Assembly: GCA_043228905.1 (NCBI GenBank)
Contig: JBHGNT010000774.1
Coordinates: 1 to 15,866, forward strand
Direction of reading: 5' to 3'
DNA length: 15,866 bases
Origin: Azolla caroliniana
Taxonomy: Eukaryota; Plantae; Polypodiophyta
Position numbers and translations under genes: made by a program. The notes beneath the pieces were generated by a model. That model saw only the letters and a list, made by a program, of their open reading frames with translations, did no database searches and was not told where the DNA came from. Positions 1 to 10,305 of the stretch are shown one piece after another (position 1 is the stretch's first letter; each line of letters starts with the position of its first letter).

Positions 1-25
1 ATTCAGCTCCCTCGTTGATGTGACT

Positions 26-434
26 TCAACGCTTGCCGATTCGCCGATTCCTTCGTGTTGGCGTCGACTTTCGCTGCCTTCTCGTCCTTTTGGCCTTGAA
101 TTGATCCGGTTCTTCCGAATCCGTTTGTTGAACCAAATCGGCTGTCTCCGATTCGTTCCAGCTCTTGTTCGAATCGGTTGCTCCCGATTCGTCTTCCGGT
201 TCCAGACCCTTCACCACATCGGACCATGTCCGAGTCTTGGCCTTCTTCATTTGGTCGGCTCTGTCCTTCTTGACTTTGCCGCCGCCACCGCTTGTTCCGA
301 CTTGTTTGGATGTGTCAACTTCCTTTGTCAACTCGGCTCCTTTCTTCTTCTTGTTTCTCCCTTTGTCGGTTCTTCCCTCACCAACACAATTGTCAACATA
401 TTTGCCTTTGCCCGTTCCGGTGTCTTTGCCCATT
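26..434 (-). other. In-frame C-terminal extension of A polyprotein downstream of RNase H
   Basis: ORF 26..916 reads from RNase H through LRGR into about 135 further codons without a stop. Contains TRTWSDVVKGL and KAKRTRRQRKSTPTRR, both homologous to element D. Confidence 0.75.
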
Positions 435-445
435 CTCCCCCTCAA
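435..445 (-). other. Internal PPT-like tract TTGAGGGGGAG at end of RNase H (element A)
   Basis: Identical to the PPT preceding the LTR at 14356-14366, but not followed by an LTR. Confidence 0.55.
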
Positions 446-3070
446 GTGTGGCACATCGAGATGTTGACCACCAAGCATTTCGGTGAAGTGTTGCAACTTG
501 TCCGACCCAAGCAGTTTGGTGAAGATGTCGGCAACTTGCCGATTCGTATGAACATACCGAAGTTCAACTTCACCGCTCAGGACACGCTCACGCACGAAGT
601 GGTAGTGCACTTCTATGTGCTTTTTGCGAGCATGGAATATGGGGTTCTTGCCGAGCTGCATTATGCTTATGTTGTCGTGGTAGATCAGGATCGGGGTCGG
701 CACCTCGATCCGTAGGTCTTGCAGCAGTCGCCCAAGCCAAATGGCTTCACAGGTGGCAACGGTAGCGCCCCGGTATTCAACCTCAGTGCTCGAAAGGGCC
801 ACTGTTGGCGGCTTTTCGCTGCTCCACGCAACAGCCGCTACCAAGGGAAAACATATAGTCGGAGGTGGATCGGCGATCCGATGCATCGCCAGCCCAGTCG
901 GCATCGGTATAGCCAACTAGCTCTTCGGTTATACCATGCCGGTATAACAGCCCCCGGTCCTTCGTGCCGCTCACATATCGCAAAATTCGATGTGCGCACA
1001 GAAGGTGCTCCACGGTCGGCTTTTGCATATATTGGTTGATCAGGTGATTGTCAAATATATAAGGCTTCTGACGATTTGTCGGAACCGCTTCTCATCGCAG
1101 GCTGGTCCGGAGTCAAGATGGAGCTTGTGGTTCTGGTCTAGGGGTGTGGAAATCGGTCAGCAATCTGTCATGCCGAACTTGTACAACATATTCAACACAT
1201 AGTGTCTTTGTGAGAGCAATATGCCGTTGGGGGTTTGGATCACATCGATCCCAAGGAAATATTGAAGGTCCCCCAGGTACTTCATCTCAAATGCGTCTGA
1301 CAGTTGGGACTTGACTCGGCTGATTTCATCGAGTCCGAGTCCGGTGATGACTAGATCATCAACATACAGAAAGATGCTAACCGGACCGTCCGGACCTTTC
1401 CGGATGAACAGTGAAGAGTCGGACTTGGAGGCCGCAAACCCCATCTTACGCAACCGGTGCATGATCTTCACATTCCAAGCTCAGGGGCCTTGCTTCAGGC
1501 CATAAAGGAACTTCTTTAGCCGGCATACCGCCGACTTGGTCATCTCCGACCGGAAACCGGGGGGTTGGGTCATAAAGACCTCTTCTTCAAGATCTCCTTG
1601 AAGAAATGCATTCTTTACATCCATCTGGTGAAGATGCCACCCCCTTGCTGCAGCAACCGCCAACACCACACAAACCATCGTCATCTTTGCTACCGGAGCA
1701 AAGGTCTCGTCGTAGTCGATTCCATGGGTCTGTTGCGCGTATCCCTTCGCCACTAAGCGGGCCTTGTACCAGTTAACTGAACCATCAGTATTGTACTTTA
1801 CCTTGTACACCCACTTACATTCGATCGGTTTACAATTTCGGGGACGGTCAATTAGGTCCCAAGTGTTGTTGGCATCAAGTGCCCGCATTTCTTCCTCCAT
1901 AGTGGCACACCAATTTGCGTCCTTTGCCGCTTCTACGTAGCTCTTCGGTTCACGCACTTCTGCCACCTTGGTCATGTACACATAGTGATGCGCCATGTAC
2001 TCATTATACCCGTACCACTTTACGGGGTTCTTCTAGTGGGAAGACCGGTGTAACTTATCGTTACCCAGTTTGAGGCCCTTCTTGGCCGGTTCGGTCTTCG
2101 TTGCCGAAGATCTTCCTTCTTCTTCTTTGGAGTCAGATCCGCTCCAATCCGACTCACCATTGCCGGTCTCGTGCTCCATCATGTTCCTCTTCCCCTTTTC
2201 CTTGCACGTGAACCATCTCCTCGGTTTATTGCGCGGGGGGAACACGGCAAAGTCTCCACTACTCACCGGTTCATCTTCCGACTGGTCTGTCTGACCTAGT
2301 TGCTCGTTCGGCTTGCTCAACCGAAACGATTCCGGACTCACATCTAGAGTCTCGAACCCTTCATCTTCTAACCGGACCGATTCAGGGTCACTAGCCTCAT
2401 CCTCTGGTATCAGCTCGGGGTCGGAAGTCGGAGCCGGTAAAGCATACCATGATGTCATCTCATCAAACTCAACATCCCGGCTAACTCGGACCTGCTTCGT
2501 CCGGGGGTTATAACACTTATACGCCTTTTGCTCATGTGAGTAACCGATCAGGATGCATTTTTCCAACTTTGCATCCAACTTCCTCCGCTTCTCATCCGGC
2601 ACATGCACATATGCAATGCCACCAAATATCCGAAGGTGTCTCAAATTCGGCTTGCGCCCGAAATACAACTCATGCACAGACACCTTGTCACCGATCCGAT
2701 TTTGGAAATAAACGGTTGTCCGGACCGCCTTAGCCCAGTAGAAATGGGGCATGCTCTTCTCCTCCAGCATTGCCCTTGCCGCGTCGACAATCGACCGATT
2801 CTTCCTTTCGGCCACACTATTTTGCTCCGGTGTGTACCTGTAGCGGAATTCTCTCCGAATTCCGTTTTGCTGCAGATAACTATTGAATTGGCTGGAAAAA
2901 TATTCTTTTCCACCATCCGACCGCAGGCACTTGATCTTCCTGTCCATTTCCCGTTCAACAAGGCTTTGCAAGTTCCGGAAACACTCGAAGACTTCGCTCT
3001 TCCGCTCAATGAGGTAGATTCATGTGTGCCGGTTGTAGTCGTCAATGAAGGAGACGAAGTATCGACTCCC

Positions 3071-3105
3071 GCCAAGACTAACGTTTTGGCGCCAAGACTA
3101 ACGTT
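3071..3105 (+). repeat. 15-bp direct repeat GCCAAGACTAACGTT x2 at an integrase deletion
   Basis: Exact copies at 3071-3085 and 3091-3105. Confidence 0.9.
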
Positions 3106-4758
3106 ACCACTACAGTTTCATTCAGTGGGGAATGGAAGCCGGTGTTGCTTCCCGAGTTGGCAAGCTTCACATATTTGGACCTTCCGGCCACTTAACTTCG
3201 GCAAACTGAAAACAACTTGTTTCATTTGCAGGTCTTGAAGCCTCCGGTAACTGACGTGGCCGATCCTTTTGTGCCAGAGATCAATATCTGATTCAATCTT
3301 TTGTCCATTGGCGAACAAAGCGGTGCCGACGTCATTGGTGTTGAGGATGAACATCCTCCCATCTCTGCGCCCTTACGCAATAATCTGGCCCTCTTCCTCG
3401 ATGAAGCACCCAAGGTGCGTAAACCGCACTTGCATCCCCTCGTCAACGATATGACCGACTGACACCAGGTTCTTTGTGATAGTCGAAACGTGTAATATGT
3501 TCATTAGCTTCCCCCTCTGTCTAATGTGGCTCAAAGGGACTTCTCTGACATGCATGATTGGGTGAGGAGTGTCGTCTCCGGTTTCGACGACTCCTGGTTG
3601 TTCCGGTTTCTCCAAGAAAAAGAACCACTCTCTATGGCTCGTCATGTGATTCGACACACCGGAATCAACGTACCACACTTCCTCCGATTTGGAAGTGGTC
3701 TTCTTCATCAAGTTAGCCTCGTGTTTCATCACCAAGGCTGGCCCTTTACCAGCTTTTCCGGTTTTGGATCCTCCCGATCCTTGTACGTAGTGCGAGTATT
3801 GCCGGTTCTCTCTGCCGGCCTTGCCGGATCCGGATCTGTCCGAATCGGCGTGCTTCTTCCAGCACTCGCTTTCTCTGTGGCCCTTTTTACCACAGTACCA
3901 AAATTCCGTGTCGGACTTTGCTTGCCGGCCTCCGGGGCCGCCTTGACTCCCCTTGCTTGTGGAGGGTCCGGAACTGTTGTCGCCACATTTTCTGTGCCTT
4001 CGGTCCTGCTCTTGCCAGCCGCTACCATTGCGAGCCGACCCGCCACGTCCACCACACCCAGGGGGCCTATCCGCCTCCATGTACAACATCCGGTTGTCGG
4101 TGGGTGCACTTGTTGACGCGCCGGTGTGGTTCTCCTCTACAAGGAGCATCGATTGTAAGTCGAAAAATGACGGCGTATTCTCCCTTGTACACACCGCCGT
4201 TCAGAGCATTCTGAACTTAAACGCTAGGCCCCCAAGAAAGATCTGTACCATCTCATCTTCCTCTACAGGGACGTGAGTCACAAATCTCTTTGATTCGGGC
4301 CTTGTAATCGGCTACCGACATGTCCTTCTATCGGTTATTGCTTAACTCCTATCAGAGTTGCAGCTTCCGGGTCGTAGTGCTTGCCGCGAAAACCTTCTTC
4401 AGGTTTCCCCAAGCTTCTTTTGGCGTCCTGGCATCTCGGACATGGCTCAACAGCTGGTCTCCAACACTGGACGCAAAGCAGTGCATCACTCTGCTTGCCG
4501 CTTGTTCCCACATTGGGAAGTTGTTATATGCCGCATCAGGTGTTGTGTCGTTGGCTCCGTCGACATAGCTCCAGTAACCATGCCCAAGCAGGTATTGGTG
4601 CATCTTGTATGACCAAGATGCGTAGTTGGGTTTGTCGAGCTTCTCCACCGGGAGCGAGCTAGCCATTCCTCTGTCCATCACTTCTCTTTCTGTTCTTATC
4701 GGGTCTTAGGGTTTGTCTTCAGATGCCGATGTCGACTGCAGATGTTCTCAACCCTCGC

Positions 4759-4770
4759 GCTTTGATACCA
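4759..4770 (-). other. Primer binding site (tRNA-iMet) of A
   Basis: Minus strand TGGTATCAAAGC, 11/12 match to TGGTATCAGAGC, directly after the LTR-terminal CA. Confidence 0.92.
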
Positions 4771-5191
4771 TGTAAAAATGAAGGTACGGAAGCTTTAGAC
4801 AACCGGCTTGGCCGAATAGCAACATAGAGAGAGAGAGAGATTAACACACAAAAGCTACGCAGGAAACATTGAGAAAGAGCAGAACAACTTAAATCTATTA
4901 TCAATAACTCTGTAAAATTCACTTTAGATACAACGTGCTCAACAACACTATTTATATGTAAGTCCTAAGAGGAGTGACAGAAATACAATGTACTTCAATG
5001 CTCACACGAGCGTCTGATACTAACTACGAGACATTAGCTACCTAGTAGTCTAGGTTGCTACTAGGCTTCCGGCTACTGCTTGATCCGGCTAACCGGCTCC
5101 CCGGCTCACCGATCTGGCTCATCCTTCCGGATGCCGATCCGACTCAGGCTTATTCAGCCAATCTGGATCCGGTTCAGCTTGCCGCTCAACA
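4771..5191 (-). repeat. 5' LTR of A (421 bp)
   Basis: Minus strand TGTTGAG...TTTTACA, the same termini as the D-family LTRs at 13774 and 14367. Contains a TATA-like box, a CT tract and repeated AGCCGG motifs in U3. Confidence 0.92.
4949..4956 (-). promoter_or_regulatory. Putative TATA box in LTR A
   Basis: TATAAATA on the minus strand in context GGACTT..TATAAA..GTG..GAGCAC, which is shared with the D LTRs. Confidence 0.6.
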
Positions 5192-7023
5192 CTCCTTCCA
5201 AGGGTGATGAGGGTGATCTGTTAATCACGTACATCGTCGTCATCAGCGCCTCAGCCCAAAACGTCTTCGGACTCTCTCCATTATGGTCTGGTTCATCCGT
5301 TCAGCCAACCCGTTCAATTCTGGCGTCTTTGGAATGGTGAATTCGAGCCAAATTCCCATTCAACGGCAGTACTCCTAGAACTGCCCTTGATATTCGCCTC
5401 TGTTATCTGCTCGAACCGCCTTTAGCTTCCAACCGGTTTCTCTTTCTAGTCTCGTGTGGAGCTCCTTGAAGATAGACAACACCTGATCCTTCGTCTTCAA
5501 CGGTGAGACCCACAGCTTCCGGCTGTGGTCGTCTATGAACGTCACGAAGTACTGTGATCCGGCATGTGACTTTGTCTCCACTTGACACACATCAGTATGC
5601 ACCAGCTCCAGTGATGCATTCCGTCTCATCAATGGTCTTGACCGGAAGGAGGTTCAGTTTTGCTTGCCGGCCAAGCAATCAGTGCACTTCTCAAAATCTT
5701 CGACAAGTCTTCTCATCCCCTTCTCACTCATATGACACAGTCTCTTGTGCCATAGCTCACCGTCATTGTCGGATGCTACGTTCACTTCTTCCTGGCATAT
5801 CCGGGTGTGCATCAGGTACAACATGTTGATCTTCTGGGCTCGAGCCACGATCAAACTTCCTTTGCTGAATTTCATGACTCTGTTCCGGATGTTACCCATT
5901 AGCCTTCATCATATAGCCGACCGGTTGATATCAAGTTCAACCGAACCTCCGGAACGTGTTGGACATCCTTCAGCAGCAGCTTGCACCCGGTTGATGTCGT
6001 CAACCACACATCTCCTATGCCAACAATTCGGCAAGATCCTTCATTCCCCATCCGGACACGACCGTGATCTCCGGCAGTGTAGGATGAGAAGCATTTCCAG
6101 TCCAGCGTTAGGTGGAATGGTGCTCCGGAATCAACAACCCACGTTGTCTCGTCGCTGACAAGGTTTAACTCATTCTCCTTGGTGATGAGCAACAATTCTT
6201 CTTCACTTGTCGCGATTGCCGACGTTCCTTTTCGATCCGGACCTCTCCGGTTCGAACTCTTCTTCAAATGGGTGTTGTCAGTCCCTTTCTCTTTCCGGAA
6301 GTGCCTACAATTCTTCTTGAAGTGTCCTGGCTTCCCACAATAGAAGCAAGTAGGCGTCCCCCTTGACTTTGACCTTGTCACTGATTTTTCTCGGTTCTGG
6401 GGACTCCGGTACCGGTTTCTCCCTTGTTGTGTGTCGGATTCGGAAATCAGGGCTTTTGGCTCAGAGATCACTTCCTTGTCTTTCCGACGCGCCTCTTCAT
6501 CTAACAAAGCTCGGCTTCACTCTTGCTAGGGATAGTTGTTTTCCTTCCGGCCCGACGTTACCCAAAGTGACAACTAGCGTCTCCTAGCTATCTGGGAGGG
6601 AACCGAGCAATAGCAACGCAAGTACCTCATCGGCCAGAGGTACTTCCAATGAGGTGGCTTGATTTATGAGCCCCTGGAAGGCATTCATGTGCTCCACCAT
6701 ATTGGAGCCATCTTGATATCTGAGTCTCACCAGCTTTCGGAAACCCGAGACTCGATTCACGGCATTCTTGTTCTGGAACATGATGCCTACCTTCTCCTAG
6801 AGTTCATGAGCCTTTTTTTCTTCGTTGAAGTTATTGTATAGACTCATGTCGATGAAGCATCTGATGTATGATGTCGTCTCATGTGCATCACCTCCCATGT
6901 CGTGGCATCGATCTTGTCCGGTTTCTTGTCCCCGAACTGTACCGGCATGTCCCTCATCTTCGACTTCCACACTGGGTAGTTGGAGCCGGTGAGCTTGAAC
7001 ATGCTTCCGAATGACTCTTCCAT
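5192..7023 (-). pseudogene. Copia B gag-protease-integrase, decayed
   Basis: MEESFGSMFKLTGSNYPVWKSKM (ATG 7023); CFYCGKPGHFKKNC zinc knuckle; WVVDSGA protease; LWHKRLCHMS; CTDCLAGKQ; LELVHTDVC...FVTFIDD...VRADN; PELNGLAERMN. Confidence 0.94.
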
Positions 7024-7033
7024 TTTCTTGTTT

Positions 7034-7045
7034 GCTTTGATACCA
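7034..7045 (-). other. Primer binding site (tRNA-iMet) of B
   Basis: Minus strand TGGTATCAAAGC, 3 nt after the LTR-terminal CA. Confidence 0.9.
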
Positions 7046-7048
7046 ATT

Positions 7049-7582
7049 TGTGCGGAATAGCGTTCGGCCACAACCGAGACTCAAACACTTTATGAAAGAA
7101 CAAAACAAAAATGGAGGTTCGTACACTTACACAGAAGAGACGACACAGGATGTTTACGTGGAAAGCCCTAATAGGGAAAAACCACGGGAGCCCACAGACT
7201 CCAACTATCACTATACAAGAAAGGAGGTACAACAGGAGACTCAAAGGCAATGACCTCGAGCTCAGTATCTTCGTCAACCGGTGGCTTCACTTCTCTCTCT
7301 CTCTCTCTGTACTACTATGATACAACTAACAACAACAACAACACTAAAAGTGTATTACAAAGTGATTGCCCTAAGTCATATTTATACTTATATGAATTTA
7401 AGACTATTTACAAATATAGCCTTTATAAGCACACCAGAAACATATTTGCATATATGTCCATGGATCCAGTTCACACTGGATCCATCAAGATATCTTCCAG
7501 CCCGGTTCGGTTGCTGCGTTCGGTTTGGTTCCTTCCTTCGGGTCATCCGATCTGGCTCTCCGGAGGGACCGAATTCCTAACA
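7049..7582 (-). repeat. 5' LTR of B (534 bp)
   Basis: Minus strand TGTTAGG...GCACA, colinear with LTR C (both have CCCTCCGGA after 15 nt from the start). TATAAATA at 7379-7386. Includes short (CT)n and (AAC)n tracts. Confidence 0.9.
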
Positions 7583-10305
7583 CAATCAGCATGTCATCCA
7601 CGTACAACAGGAGTATGAGGAAATCTCCTCCATCGAGCTTCTTCACAAACATGCAGTGATCAGCCTACGTTTTATGGTAACCGTTGTCGGTCATGAAGGA
7701 TTCAAATTTTTAGTACCATTTCCGACGTGCTTGCTTTAGCCAATATAAACTCTTCCTCGATCAACATACCAAGTTCTCTTTACAATTCTCCACGAATCCT
7801 TCTAGTTGGTGCATGTAAATCTCCTCCTCCAAATCTCCATGAAAGAAGACAATCTTGACATCTAGTTGCTCGACTTCGAGGTTCATGTTGGTTGCTATGC
7901 TTAGATCTGTTCGAATTGACGTCATCTTTACGACCGGGGCAAATATTTCGTTGAAATCCGCACCTTTCTTCTGTTGGCAGCCCTTTACGACAATTCGAGC
8001 TTTATATCTCGGTGGATTTCCACTATATCTCGACTTCGGCTTGTATACCCACTTATTTCGGAGTGCCCTTTTCCTCTTTGGCACCTCGGTCAATTGGTAT
8101 GTGTGGTTCTCATGCAAGGAATCCATCTCCTCTTGCATGGCACTTAATCACTTTCAGTTGTGGGTATCTCTCTAAGTTAGCTTCTTCAATGTTTTTCGGC
8201 TCCCCCTAATTGGTTAGCAATGCTCGTTCTTCATCCGGAAATCTAGGGGGGTCTCCTGTCTCTCATGGGATATTATCTACCTCCATTCGGTACAATAAGT
8301 TCTTCTTCGATTTCTTTGGCCGATTCAAAATCGGTTCCTTGTTCGGCCGGTTCGCCTTGTTCTTTAGTCGGTTCTCAATTTTGCTGAGTATTAAATCGGC
8401 CGACTGGCTTAGATTCGATTTTGTTCGAATCGACTTCTACTCGATTCGGCCGAGCATCGACTCGACTCAATTCGTTAGTTGGAGACTTATTCTCAATCTC
8501 CCAATCGAGAATCATCTTCTCTTCCATGAAGACAATGTTTCCGCTCCTAATCACCTTCTTCTCGGCTAAGTCACATAGCCGATAGCCGAATTCGTCGTCG
8601 TCGTAGCCGAGAAATATACATGGCCAAGATTTTGGGTCCAGCTTCCCCCTCTGGTCCTTTGCACATACACATAGGCAAGACAGCCGAACACCCTCAAGTG
8701 TCTGTATGAAACATCTTTGCCGCTCCACACCCTTTGTGGAATATCACCGTCCAAGGGTACTGAGGGTGATCGGTTTATCACATATGATGCCATCCTCAGT
8801 GCTTCAGCCTAGAACGTCTTCGGTAACTTTACATGTGCAAGCATACTTTAGACCCTCTCCATTTCGGTCCGGTTCATTCTCTCGACCAAGCCGTTAAGCT
8901 CTGGCATCTTCGGCATGGTATATTCGAGCCGGATTCCCTACGCTCGGCAATATTCTTCGAATGGTCCATGGTAATCCCGCCATTGTCTGCTCGAACTGCC
9001 TTAAGTTTTCGGCCAGTTTCCCTCTCGGCCCTCGCTTGGAACTCTTTGAAGACGAATAGCACTTGTTCCTTCGTCTTCAGCATGGAAGCCCACAACTTCT
9101 AGCTACAATCGTCTATGAAGGTCACGAAATACTGTGAACCAACATGCGACTTTGTATCCACGTAGCATACATCCGTATGCACGAGTTCGAGTGACATTTT
9201 CTTCCTCATCGGGGGCCTCGATCGGAAGGAGGTTTTGTTTTGCGTGTCGGCCAAGCAATCGGTGCACTTCTCAAGTTGCACGTTATTTACCTCTGGAATG
9301 AGGTTGTCATCGGCAAGTTTTCACATCCCCTTCTGGCTCATGTGGCACAGCCTCTTATGCCACACCTCACCGGCTGTGTCAGTTGCCACGTTTACCTCGT
9401 TTCGGCATAATCGAGCATGCATTAAGTACAGTGTGTTGATCTTCCGAGCTCGGGCCACATTCAGGCTTCCCTTGCAGAACTCCATGACGTTGTCCCCAAT
9501 GCTACCCGTGTAGCCTTCATCGTCCAGCCGACCGGCTGATATCAAGTTCAATCGAACTTCCGGAACGTGTCATACATCTCTCAACACAAATCTACACCCA
9601 GTTGACGTTGTCAAGCACACATCTCCAATGCCGACAATTCGGCATGCTCCTTCATTTCCCATCTTTACAGATCTGAGATCTCTGGCTTTGTAAGATGAGA
9701 AGCAAATCCAATCAAGGGATAGGTGAAAGGACGCACCTGAATAGACCACCCATGTCAATTCATCACCGACACGGTTCACTTCATTCTGCTCGTTGATCAG
9801 CATCAGTTCCTCCTCACTTGTTGTGATTGCCGATGTGTTCTTGCTATCTGAAATCTTCTTCGGCTCGGCACCGTCGGCTGCCCTTTTTCCTTTCGGAAGT
9901 GTCAGCAATTCTTTTGGAAGTACCCCAGCTTCCCACAATAGAAGCACGTGGGCCTTCCCCTCGACTTCGACTGCGTCCCCAACTTATCTCAATTCTGGGA
10001 ACTTCTATTTCGGCCTCTTCCTCAATTCATGTCACTTTCCGTGACAAGGGCCTTTCAGTCGGAAATGGACTCTCTATCCTTCCAGCGAGCGTCCTCGTTT
10101 AGTAAGCTCAAATTCACCTACTCTAGGGATAGATGCTTCCCTTCCAGTCCGGCGTTGCCCAATGTGACAACGAGTGTTTCCCAACTATCTGGAAGGAATC
10201 CCAACAACAATAGTGTTAATACCTCATCGACAAGAGGTACTTCTTGAGAGGTGGTTTGATTCATCAGTCCTTGGAAGGCATTAATGTGCTCCGCAATGCT
10301 GGTAC
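7583..10305 (-). pseudogene. Copia C gag (3' part)-protease-integrase-RT, decayed
   Basis: GTSIAEHINAFQGLMNQ; WVVYSGASFH; VWHKRLCHMS; LELVHTDVC; YVINRSPSVPL; KLDPKS.PCIFLGY; MQEEMDSL...NKWVYK...YKARIVVKG...EQLDVK; YVDD. Confidence 0.93.

Larger units (their letters stand above)
26..4678 (-). pseudogene. Copia A gag-pol polyprotein, broken by stops, frameshifts and small deletions
   Basis: Gag (EKLDKPNYASWSYKMHQYLLGHGYW; ATG at 4678). Zinc knuckle FWYCGKKGHRESEC at ~3862-3903 with the first Cys lost. Protease WYVDSGVSNHM. LWHKRIGH...CEACQLGK. Integrase LRSDGGKEY...PEQNSVAERKNR...[17 protein letters not shown]...[10 protein letters not shown]...QMDVKNAFL...LYVDD. RNase H GYTDADWAG...SSTEVEY...KHIEVHYHFVRE...ADIFTK. 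Confidence 0.95.
1..5191 (-). mobile_element. Ty1/copia LTR retrotransposon A (3' end beyond left window edge), decayed
   Basis: Minus-strand order is LTR (TG...CA), PBS, gag, PR, IN, RT, RNase H, i.e. the Copia order with IN before RT. The LTR start at 5191 abuts interrupted integrase sequence of element B. Confidence 0.96.
5192..7582 (-). mobile_element. Ty1/copia LTR retrotransposon B (Tto1/Tork-like), 5' part, interrupted by A
   Basis: LTR, PBS, gag, PR and IN on the minus strand. The integrase breaks at YVINRSPSSPLEG, where LTR A begins. Confidence 0.94.

Noticed and set aside
20-715. 231-aa plus-strand ORF antisense to the RNase H/extension (also 13005-13406 and 13476-13739 in D)
   Set aside because: It lies in the codon-aligned antisense frame, which often stays open passively. 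It starts at GTG and has no recognisable motif. I found no evidence for it beyond the sense-frame conservation.
2603-4276. Long plus-strand ORFs (2603-3238, 3526-4116 and others)
   Set aside because: Antisense shadows of Copia gag/integrase with no independent features.
8200-8210. TTAGGGGGAG (minus), PPT-like, in C
   Set aside because: It corresponds to the (E)GEP codons just before RT, and no LTR follows.
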